Below are positions 12,800-24,930 of a stretch of 64,000 bases of DNA, one piece after another. Every line of letters begins with the position of its first letter. The first letter of the stretch is position 1. Position numbers and translations under genes: made by a program. Source of the stretch: Octopus sinensis (Eukaryota); the NCBI RefSeq assembly GCF_006345805.1, contig NC_043013.1:23064001-23128000 (forward strand), read 5' to 3'. Below the pieces are notes generated by a model. That model saw only the letters and a program-made list of their open reading frames with translations. It did no database searches and was not told the origin of the DNA.

Positions 12800-13200
12800 T
12801 GAGGCTTAGTCGTAGTTCTAGTGAGGTGGCTTGGTGCCTCAATGACCTTCAAAGGTCATTGCTATTATAGCAGAGTGCAAGCCTGTGGTTGGGCCTCCCA
12901 TGCTGGACAGGTCAAAGGTTAGAGGTCAGAGTAATATGGACCACCTCTTCCCAATGGTAAAAATGGATTTATCTTCAGCCAACAGTCTTTTGCTAGAGAA
13001 AAAGCAAAGTTACAGAAGCATTGATGACAAATCAAAACCAACAAAACCCGAGTGAGAAAGGCCTTCTCTCAAGGAAGAACAGATCCTGAAATGGATAGGA
13101 CACACCTTAAGGAAACCAATATTCTGCTCTACATACCAGGCCCTGACCTAGAAACCCAAATAATAGCTGGAGACAGGACAGGCAGGAAGTGCTGAAAAAG
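12800..13200 (+). mobile_element. Decayed RTE-type LINE fragments
   Basis: gggcctcccatgctggacaggtcaaagg 5'-UTR-like segment followed by QILKWIGHTLRKP...YQALT, matching the RTE C-terminal W.WIGH.LRK motif. Confidence 0.65.
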
Positions 13201-13899
13201 CAGGGATCCAATTTGAGGGAAGCAGAAAAGAGGACCCAGAACTGAGAACAATGAAGTCACTGATGGCCTCTGCTCTATAAGGGGCAAAAGAGCTTAAGTA
13301 TGTGTCTGTTTCACCAAGAGGAGACTTCAAGGTTAGACCAGTGAAATGCAAGTTCTTCTTATGGTACACACACACACATGCACAAGAAATTGAACTCAGC
13401 GTTTGCAAGCTAGCAAAACACTCACCATTCTTGCATCAGTCCGGCTGACAGCAGCAAGTTCGTTCTACCTTGCATTCGATACAAACTTATTAAGCATTAA
13501 ATGCTTCCACTAAATTCTTTTCCTCTGTTACTGGTCACAATGCAAAGAGTGAAATCATTCTGAGGAAACTACCATCAAGGACACAGCCATATAGTGACCC
13601 CCACCGATAAGTGACGGATATTTATCTTATTGAAACCCACACCAACTAAGGATTGAAAGGCAAAGTCAAACTGAGAAAGGTTCCAACACTAATCATAAAA
13701 ACGGTTTTATAGTTCTTGGAAGCTGCAACGATTCCATAACGCATTTGCCAGAAGCAGAATAAGAGCATCTGAATCCCTTTCTCTTGCTACCATGACCAAT
13801 ATCAATTCAATCCTCGTTAGTAACTAAATAATTATAAAAATAATTATATCGTTTGTTTGTTTTTCTTTCTTTTTCATTTCTCAAATCTGAATATTTTCT

Positions 13900-14891
13900 T
13901 CATAATTTTTCCAGAATTTCATTTTATTTTCGCAACTGTTGATGTTGTTCCCGTTACTTCCCATTTGCTTAGACAAATCCAGCAGCAACACAAGGTATTA
14001 ACTTTATCACAACTACAAACAGAGAAAGATGTAGTCCTTTTATTATTGTTGTTGTTGTTGTTGTCATCATTAGTCTCATTATCATTATTATTGATATTTA
14101 GCTTTTTATGTTTTCTTTTTGTTAAATGTTTCTTTTTCATTTCACTTTTTTTTTTCATAAAGGAATGGAGATGGTGGTGGTGGTGGTGGTAAGAGTGGTT
14201 CTGAGAAAGATGATGACCATGATGATGATGATGATAAGAGGAATAAAAGTAAGAGGGAAAAAAAAACGGCCATTATAATAATAAAAATGATGACGATGAT
14301 GATGATAATGATGATGACGATGATGATGACGAATGTGCTGATTACAATGCTGATGATGATGATAATGATGATGGGGTGGTTTTCACCTCAACTATTCACT
14401 TGTTATTTAATTTTTCTTTTCTTTTTTTTTTTGTTTTGTTTTGTTTTGTTTTGGTTTGCTTCAGTTGGGACTTTTATCCCTTCTATCCTAAAAAAAAAAT
14501 GTTGACCAAATCAGGAAGCAAACCAAAGAGTGACGATACTGTACATGGAATTGTCTCATTCTTCATCCATAGCAATAGGCACACATACATCTATACACAC
14601 ACACAGTTGCATATGTGTTGTGTGTGTGTGTGTGCATGTGTGTGTATATACACACACACGCACACACACACTCAAATATACATGTGTGTATGAGCATGTG
14701 GTATATATTTTCAAACATACATGTATACATGTGTGTAGTGCATATTTTAGAGTCTTACTCAGGACATATCTGTGTAAAATTAGATGTCACGTATATATAT
14801 ATATATATATACACACACACCCATACCTGCATATATATATACATATATATATATATTCACAGATCTATCAAGTAAATATTAGATTTGTATA

Positions 14892-14951
<60 letters not shown>

Positions 14952-15042
14952 TATATATATACACATGAATATACACACACATGTACACACGAATTGTGAG
15001 ATAAAAATAGAACACAGGCGGTCTGTCTGTTTGTCCAACAAT
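13900..15042 (-). other. Probable INTS3 3' UTR, rich in microsatellites; end uncertain
   Basis: Follows the stop codon. Minus-strand AATAAA hexamers occur near 14038-14043 and 13923-13928. The cleavage site cannot be determined from sequence. Confidence 0.45.
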
Positions 15043-15168
15043 TCAATCACTGTCCTCATCAATGGCAGCTGATGTTGCTGATGATGATGATGCTGTTGTT
15101 GTTGTTGCTGCTGTTGTTGTGGCTGATCCTTTCTTCCGTTTCTTCGGCTTCGGTTTCACATCTTCCTC
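15043..15168 (-). CDS. INTS3: INTS3 last coding exon: [41 protein letters not shown]
   Basis: Acceptor tttgtcttag; TGA at 15043-15045; basic NLS-like cluster and terminal DSD as in the vertebrate protein. Confidence 0.93.
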   Translation of the reverse strand, partial: EEDVKPKPKKRKKGSATTTAATTTTASSSSATSAAIDEDSD

Positions 15169-18100
15169 CTAAGACAAAAAAAAAAGAAACAAGAATCAGA
15201 TACAGACACACAATCACACAAACGAGTGTATTCCTATGAATCTATGTTGTGTATATGTAGTTAGATTGTGTGACAAAATTCTGGCAGGAGCTGGAAAGGC
15301 CAGCAGCCACCCCAGGTTGCCCTGTCTGTTTTGGCCTGGTTTCTACAGCTGGATGCCCCTAACATGTACTGGGGGATTTTTTATGTGGCACCAGCACTGA
15401 CGTAATGATAAACGACCGCAAGTTGGAATTAACATGATTTCAGGACATAGCATGAAAGGGAATATTTGCAAACGATATGACACTTGGAGTAACATATTTA
15501 ATAGACTATGTAACCCTACAGCTCCTTGCAGTCCTCGAAACAGATCCGCGAACGAACTACGAGATCGCAAGGGAGACAACTGTTGTGGCGTTATTCATTC
15601 TTGGGGTCAAAGAGGAGAAAACTACCACTGTTCATTCATCACGTGCCTCCACGGGACACTCGTGCAGGGGGGGGAGAAGGCCGTTACGAAGTGAAGGGAG
15701 ACAACTGTGCACAACTCACCTCGCTGGTGCTGGCTTCACTTTCCGTTTCCTCCTTTTTCACTTTGATCACTTTGGTGGAGGAATTGTCACGGGTTCTCCG
15801 TCCTCTAAGTACACGAGTGGTCTTCATGTCGTCAAAGTCTTCTGCCAGGGCCAGTAAGTCACTGTATCTGTTGGAAAAAATCGTTGCAACAATAACATTA
15901 AATCACAATTCGAAATAGTTGCTAATGTCGTGTCAAATAGAAAACTTCATTTTCAAGAATCCTAAATATGTTTCCATGCCAACATGCATTAGACAGTTTG
16001 AATATTTGCAAACTTAGAAGGAAATGGTTCACTCCTGAATCTCAAACATGTATGAACACACACACACACACACACAATCATCACTGGCAGCAGCAGCATC
16101 ATCATCATCATCTGGTGTCTGTCTCCCGATGCTGTCAATGAAAAGCAACCAAATCACGTTCTGTTGCTTTAAATAACGAAGGTTGCAATCAATAATACAA
16201 CCATGGATACATCATCATCATCACCATTTTATGTCCAGCTTAAAAAGCTGGCTTGGACTACAAGGTAAATATAGACAGCCCAAGCTCGATGACCTCTGTG
16301 TATTGCCAGGTCAGGGCTGACCTGGGGACAAACAACCAAGAGCTGCTGTCCAGTTTACATCCACTCAACAACCGTGTTTTGTACAAAACACACTTTTATC
16401 TATTTGGACAGAAAATATGGAACATTTGCATATTCGACCCTTTTATATATTCCAAAGTCAGACTTCAAATGGGAGATGATAAAAGAGTTGGGTGAATTCG
16501 TGAGGAAAATGAAAAAGATAGAATTGTTTACAACTCACTTGGTTTTTTGTACCTCAGATGCTGTCATTTGTACTTGCTGTAAGGCATGCTGCATACTTTC
16601 GTGGTTCAAAACTACAAGAAGAACAATATAAAACAAATATACATACACACAAATATTTTCCAAATTCTCCGCAGGCCACATCAAAACTGCCAAGTGATAA
16701 TAGATGATAGCACACAGAGCAGATTCTATGTGAATTCCTCAACTTCGTTTTAAGAAATGCTAAAAAGATTAATATTAACAAATGTTCTTAGATTAGCTCA
16801 AGCCCACAGAGTTTGTCAGGAAAGGAAGAGAGTACAAAGGACACTAGTATATGACTGGTATTTACTTCCAAGTACTGCAGAGAGATGAAAGATGAAAGCT
16901 CTGACTCCAACAGAATTTGAACTCAGAATGCAGAGAAAACTAAACACTACGAGGTGTCACACAACCATTTCTGTCAGATCATTCTGGTTAATTAAGAACA
17001 AAATAGATTTAATGTTAACACTTACAAGATACGTTTCGACACACCACCCTCATATGATCCAAATGAGCAAGGACTTGATCTGGTGTTGGCATGTTATCGC
17101 GCTTGGCAGAATTATTTCTGAAAGACAAAATTTCAAAGTCATACTTAATAACAATCTATATCACAACACTCAGATCAATTTTGTTTGGTTTTTCTCCCCT
17201 GTTTTAACTAATTTAACCCTTTGGTGTTCAGATTTCTCTGCCAAATGTAATACTTATTTATTCCCATTGTTTCAAATCAGTCAATCAGTTATGCATTATC
17301 TCATAGTTTCAAGACTTCAATGAGGTGATTGTTTTCTTTTTAATGATATTGTTGAGTAGGTATAAGAGGCCAAATCTGGCCAATTTGAATATTTTAACCA
17401 TTTTCGGCCAGTTTAAATGCTAAAGGATTAAATCTACTTTTCTCTGCTAATAAATGGAATACTTACTTATTCTTTTAAACCTTTGTCCCGTATTTGTTTT
17501 TACAACTGGATACTCTACAGATTGCTCACCATTCCAATTGCAGGAGTATCATATAAGAACACAGATGACAAAAAAAATAAAACTAAAACAATTCTCAAAG
17601 ACTTTTTTGAACATAAATGAGATAAACTTAGAGGAACTGGTTACCTCTGCCGCTTCTTTGGTGTGCTGTTTGATTTGGCCAGAAGGTTGTAGAGCAACTC
17701 TGCCAGCCGGTCCTCATATTCATGAGCCCAATTCTTCATAACAGACACCGTAAACAAATCCTGCTTCTTGTATTCTCGGCACATTAATGGTCGCAACAAC
17801 TCGGCAGTTGGGCTGCAAGCAACAAGTAATACGTTCCCCTTATTTTACAGTTCATAGCACAGGTACTCAAGCAAACATAACCATACATACACCCATAGGG
17901 ACTCAAGTGCACCCATATACATACACCTGCAGACAAATATACTAGCTGACACGTCATCACACACATATTCAGACAAGGATAAGCAAACCATACAAGCATT
18001 TCCATCAGCAGGCATCGTATACAGACTTAAGGCCATACATAAATACATACACAAACACACACTGATGTATACAGATACATAAACACAAAGCCTGAAATAA

Positions 18101-18668
18101 TGCTTTATAACAACATAGAAACTAAATAACAGACACACTTAAACACAGATCACCAGCATCAAGCTTATAACCATAACTATTATCACCACTACCACCACCA
18201 TCATCATCATCATCCACCTGATTGTTTTCAGTAATTTTTAGATCTTTTGTGATAGTAAAAAACAATGACTATAGTAGAAGGAGACAGTGTAATATCAATA
18301 ATGATGTCAATGGTGAAGGTCAAGGGAATTGGTCAAAATGTTTGTGGGTTAAGGGGCGGGGGGTGATGATTCTACTGAGAGAATTGGACTCAAAGTAATG
18401 CTAATCATGGAGATCATCATCATCATCATTGTTTAATATCAGCTTTCCATGCTGGCATGGGTTGGACAGTTTAACTGAGGTCTGGCAAGCCAAGAGGCTG
18501 CACCAGGCTCCAATCTGAATAAGAAATCTCTCAGCTTGACTTACCATTCCTGTTTCAGCAAAATCATGATACTGGCAAGTGCTTCTGAATGAGCTGTACA
18601 AAGAAACAAACATCATACATACATTATATACTATTATTATTATCATTATTATTATTATCATCATCATT

Positions 18669-18701
<33 letters not shown>

Positions 18702-21700
18702 GTATTCAGCAGAAGCCACAAAGTGAGTCGAGGGCTGAGAGTTTTGTGCCTTGCTGCTTATTAAAGGTTTTGGTAAGTACCAATGCACAAAATCTTCGGT
18801 CCTTGAGTTCCTTTGGAACTGCTCCCAATACGTGAACAACTTCTAGAAACAAGTGGGTCTTGCTTTCCAATCTTCCAATTCACAAGTTTAAATCTTTCAA
18901 GAATTTTTTGCGACAAAAAAAAAAAGAAATAAAACTATTTTTTAATGATTTTTTTGAAATTTGCCCTTAACTCATTGTCTGCTTCCCAAAAATAATGAGG
19001 AACAGAGAAGAGAATCAGGGAAAAAAAAAACCCACATGTGAGTCATTCACATGTGGGATCTCTAATTATGAGAGGTAATTGTTGTCTTTAATGGCAGGAG
19101 AGTGCTTATTGGCGGGGGGAGGGGGTGCACGTGTATGTGTGAGTATGCATGCGTATATAGTGTGCACATGTATATTTGCATGTGTGTGTGTGTCCATGTA
19201 TGTTTATGTGTGTATGTATAGGAGTTACAGACAGTGTGTTTGTGTGTGGGAGAATATTTGGTAGGTGAGAAAGGAGGGTCTGTAAGTGTGTGTGTGTGTG
19301 TGTGTGTGCATGCATTTTTGAATTTCCCAATTAACAAGTCACACTTACTGCAAAATTCCAGCTTTGGCAATACCGGCATGATATGTTCCACGGGTATACT
19401 ATGAGCTGTGATTAGCTGCCACAGGAAATATTGTTCAATGGTTTCCCATTCCAAACTGGCATCTGGTGGATGAGAAATGGATGGAGAGGTAAAATAAAAA
19501 AATTAGCCACAAAACAACAGAAATATGTTCTGAACTGAGCAGACAACATTGTCTGAGAACAAGAATCAAAAAGAGCATCAGGTATAAAGTAAATGTGGAT
19601 CTCAGAAACTAGTGCCCCTTATTGACCCCCATCCACTCGGAAGATCTCTTCAAAGGCATTACCGAACACTCATAAATTACATACTGCTCCTACTGCTTAC
19701 AACAGTAAGATGTACCAGTTCATAGATGGACTTAGCCAACAAGAGACATGCAGAATCCCATACTCTGTCAAGTCAAAGACAGACAATTCAGCATTTGTTT
19801 TTCTTGTGGTGAATCTCTAAACCAAATTAACCAAAAGGAATTTATCTTTTCTCCAAACAATGACAGTAGAAAGAATTGAACTCAGTTACTGCAGGCTGGT
19901 GGAAATCTACTTTCCTTCAATAACCTGAGCTGCAGGAGTTCTTCTCTTCCTTACTTAAACCGTATATTCGCTGAGCAGTCTTGGCATAAGCGCCACCATC
20001 AACATTATTACTTTTGACATAGGGTAACAACATTACACAAGACATGACATCTCTTTACAATCTGATGGACACCGTCATTGAGACATAAATTACATACTGC
20101 TCCTACTGCTTACAACAGTAAGATGTACCAGTTCATAGATGGACTTAGCCAACAAGAGACATGCAGAATCCCATACTCTGTCAAGTCAAAGACAGACAAT
20201 TCAGCATTTGTTTTTCTTGTGGTGAATCTCTAAACCAAATTAACCAAAAGGAATTTATCTTTTCTCCAACCAATGACAGTAGAAAGAATTGAACTCAGTT
20301 ACTGCAGGCTGGTGGAAATCTACTTTCCTTCAATAACCTGAGCTGCAGGAGTTCTTCTCTTCCTTACTTAAACCGTATATTCGCTGAGCAGTCTTGGCAT
20401 AAGCGCCACCATCAACATTATTACTTTTGACATAGGGTAACAACATTACACAAGACATGACATCTCTTTACAATCTGATGGACACCGTCATTGAGAGTTG
20501 AGTATCTTAACCAAGGACATGGAAGGTGAACCAACAAAGCTTTCATTGATTGGCTGACACCTGACAAACAAATGAATATTCTCAATGAAATCGGGTAACA
20601 AAAAGAAAAGAAAAAAATGAGAAAATAAACCAAACAACAAAAGAAAACAAAGAAGAGTAAAGAAAAACGAACGAAAATGATAATAAAATAAGAAAAACAA
20701 AAAGGGAAAGTAAAGAACTTACTGAGGACGTAGAGGAAGGAATCTTTGCGGAACATAATCAAGTGACCTTGGAGAATTTGACAAATGAGATCCTGCAACT
20801 GGAAATGATAAAGAATAATAAATAGGAGAGGATTATTGTTAATTGATATGGATACTAGTGTATTACTGGTACTTCATACAGTGACTGTAGATGAGATGAA
20901 GAATGGCAGAGACAACGCCTCGGCAACAAAAACATAACAACAATACAGTCTGTTGTAGTACAATCGAAGACTAACAACAGTACAGCCAGGTGTATGTGAC
21001 ATCGTGTATACACGATGTACGAGAACAATTAAAGTAAGTATATCTACGTGTATACCTATTTCTTTACTACCCACAAGGGGCTAAACACAGAGGGGACAAA
21101 CAAACGGATTAAGTCGATTACATCGACCCCAGTGCGTAACTGGTACTTAATTTATCGACCCCGAAAGGATGAAAGGCAAAGTCGACCTCGGCGGAATTTG
21201 AACTCAGAATGTAACGGCAGACGAAATATGGCTACGCATTTCGCCCGGTGTGCTAACGTTTCTGCCAGCTCGCCGCCTTTTTTTATATCTACGTGTATAC
21301 CATACTAGTGATAGACTAATAACAACAGCAAGGATTACAACTAATATGAGAAGGTGAAGAGAGAAAGTGAACTCACCTGAACAGCATCTATACAAGAAAC
21401 TATCATCTGCAGCAGTTCTGTATTACCAATGACAATGTTTGGGAACTGAGAAGGAATCAAAGAAGAAGCATTAGATGAAAATCCAAACAACTGCTTCTCT
21501 CAAACTTAAAACAAGAGATTCAATGATTATTAAACTGGCCCTAGTATTTTACAGGAACTTTAGTGACTCTGAAAGTTGTCCTTGATAAAAATTTGAAGTT
21601 AAACTGTAAAGAACTGAAACAAACAGGAGATATTTTGTTTGCCATGCAAAGAATTTGGCTAAACAATCACCATTTTACCATTTTTAAATCCCACAACAAG

Positions 21701-24700
21701 AGATATTCAGCAACAGTACTTTGATTGTTTGCCAACATAACATGGCAGTCCTAGTTTAGGACGAATGTTGCTGTAATTTAGCCCCAGGAGACATTGTCTC
21801 CAGCTGGCTATACGACACGATCTGTGTCTTTATATTTTCGAACAAGAGAATCTATATTGTTTTGAACTGAGTGGGGGTGCTAGATTCCCTTGTTCGAGAA
21901 TATAAGGACACAGATCATGTCGTGTAGCAAATTGGAGACAATGTCTCCTGAGGCTAAATTACAGCAACATTCATCCTAAACCAGGACTGCCGTGTTATGT
22001 TGGCAAATAATCTTTACTCCAAACCACCGTTTTGTTCTTTATAATAATAATAGTTTCAAATTTTGGCACATGGCTAGCAATTTCAAGGGAAGAGGTAAGT
22101 CAATTATATCAACCCCAGTGCACAACTGGTACTTCTTTTATTAACCCTGAAAGAATGAAAAACAATGTTGATCTCAGCAGAATTTGAACTCAGAACGTCA
22201 AGAAAATGAAATGCTACTCAGTATTTGGCCCAGCATGCTAACAATTCTGCCAGCTCAGTGCCTTGTTATCTATAACAATAATACATTAAGAATTGGATGC
22301 AATCAGCTGAGTCAGTCCTGGAAGATTGATGACAATTTCTTTATCAAACCAAGACGAGCAAAAGACCAAAGTTGGTTTTAATGAAATTTGAATTCAGAAT
22401 ACATCATAACCATAATACCGTACATGAAGTGTTTAGTATGGCCGTGACATTTCTACCGACTACAGACATAGGCTGGAGCCAAATCAGTGATTGCAGTTCC
22501 CTATGCCACTTGTTTCTGCTCTCTTAGAATAACTCACACACACCATTACAACGTCACAGTCAAATGCTATTTGCTTATCACCGAAGTACAATGCCACCAA
22601 CTGCCCTCCCCCTCATTAAATGACATCCTATGCAAGTACCTGCTTGATTTACTTTCCACTTTTTAGCTAACCTGAGTCCCACAATGAAGACAGGACCGTG
22701 CCCAGTGGCCATTCAAGCTTCCTTTCAGTGAGATTATAATGATTGTTGTCAGTGTGATTGATGCTCGGTTTGAAATGTTGCAGTTTAATGGTTGATGCAA
22801 ACAAAAACAAGAGCAGGAAGAGTTTCAGGGGCCTGTCATAGCACAGAAGGATCAACGCTTTAGTACAGAAACAAACACGTACAAGAGATGTAGCAAGGGA
22901 GTTCAGCTGGGGATGGCATAGGGTTTATCGAGTTCTGAAGACCCATATCAACGTGTAGTGCCATGGACAGGAAGTTCAGAAAGAAAACCCGTGAAAAAAT
23001 AAACATGAAACCAACTTACATGTGTATAAATGTCCGGTAACAGATATGTAAATAACCTCACATCGTCTTCTTGACAGATCTAAACAAAAGGAGAAAAAAA
23101 TTGATGTAATTGGGTGGGGGGCTGGTTTCTTTTTGGGTTTTTTTTTTTTTTTTTTTTTTTTTTTTCAATTTCAAAAACAACTGAATAACAGAAAAAAATA
23201 AAACTTAGTCTCAACCGGTAAATCTTGTCCCCCAAAACTGTGTCTGCTTTCCTTCTTCCATCCTACAAAGCATTATCATCTGCAATTAGCCTCACCAGTT
23301 TCTCTATAACTTGCAGATGTCATGGGATTGGAACCAGGAACATAGCAACAGAACATACCGTCAAGGCTTTTAGTGATTTTTGCAGAATAACAATCAGAAT
23401 GGTGACACTTCCATTGCAGACTTGGCTCTTGGGTACCTTCAGCAGAACCATTCTATCGTAAGAATCCAGTTTGCCTGCCTTCCTTTCTTCTGCCAGTTTT
23501 GGAAGATCTACAGAAATGGTGTGTGCAGCCCTTACTCTTCTAAAAAAAATTTCTACAAGTATCTCTTGATTCTTTCCTATCTACTCCTACAAACACTTTA
23601 GTGTTTGTTTAAACTAACCATATTTGGCCCAAATATTCTACATGGTCAAACTGACCAAATGCAGCCTCACAAACTTACCTGACAATGTCATTCTAAAAAT
23701 AAACAATCACATCATCAAAATCTCAAAACTACAAGATTATGCAAAACTAATTCAAAACATTGCGAATACCTAAGTTTTCCTTTTGTCAAGGTAATCTGAT
23801 TGCAAATGATTTGAATATTAGTTTGCATCTAAAAAAAAAAAGCCACTGGTTGCTGACAACTTTTTAAAATATTTAATAGAATCCAACTTGCATCAACCTA
23901 ATGAAATAAGCATGATGTTTGATGCCGTCCTTGAGCAAGGAATTGAGGCAATTTTACTCAAGCAGATCTGTGGTGCTGGTGATGCTGGTCACACTAATAC
24001 AACCAGATGCTACTCGCTTTTGACCTTTCTTAATTGGTTAGATGTACACATATGGTGCAAACAGAGGATCTGGAGGGAAATTGTTATTGCCTAGTCAAAC
24101 TACATGATTTCTGATGATATATCATCATCATCATCATCATCATCATCGTTTAGCGTCCGTTTTCCATGCTAGCATGGGTTGGATGGTTCAACTGGGGTCT
24201 GTGAAGCCGGAAAGCTTCATCAGGCCTAATCAGATCTGGCAGTGTTTCTACGGCTGGATGCCCTTCCTAACGCCAACCACTCCGTGAGTGCAGTGGGTGC
24301 TTTTTACGTGCCACCCACACAGGTGCCAGACAGAGCTGGCAAACGGCCACGAATGGATGGTGCTTTTTATGTGCCACCAGCACAGGGGACAGGCAAGGCT
24401 GGCAACGGACACGAACGGATGGTGCTTTTTACGTGCCACCGGCACAAGGCCAGTCGGGGCGGCGCTGGCAACGGTCATATAATTAAATAATTTACAAAAA
24501 TAGATTAATTGGTTACCATTATGGAGTGGAGAAGAATAGCAATGTAAAAAATATACACTAAACAATTATTTAGAAATTCAGAATAATAATTTCAGTTAAA
24601 AACTGACAAAAAAAAAACAAAAAAAAAAAGCTAAGTAATATTTACCCGTAAATCATTCATTAGGCAGGATTCCAAATCTTTTCCATCTAAACTCTTACAG

Positions 24701-24875
24701 AAATCACGATAACTGGACATTTTGTCATCATTGACTTTACTGAAAATATAAAAAAATTAAAGCAAAATGTAATGACTACCATTATTTAACTTTGCCCCTT
24801 TGGTACGTGTGGCTGTCCTGTCTGAACTAAACCAATCAATGCCTTCTCGGTCTCATTCAGACTGCAATTTATTAA

Positions 24876-24930
<55 letters not shown>

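Noticed and set aside
15477-15918. Plus-strand ORFs of 126 and 130 aa
   Set aside because: They are antisense shadows of INTS3 exon 27 with no independent splice or homology support.
23220-23266. Third small exon that would restore frame (14+149+47 = 210 nt)
   Set aside because: Its donor (gttgag) is weak, and the spliced frame already hits a stop within the 149-nt segment.
23888-24100. Exon-like unique segment in intron 18
   Set aside because: Splice sites are poor (donor gttgat) and I found no convincing frame or recognisable RNA motif.
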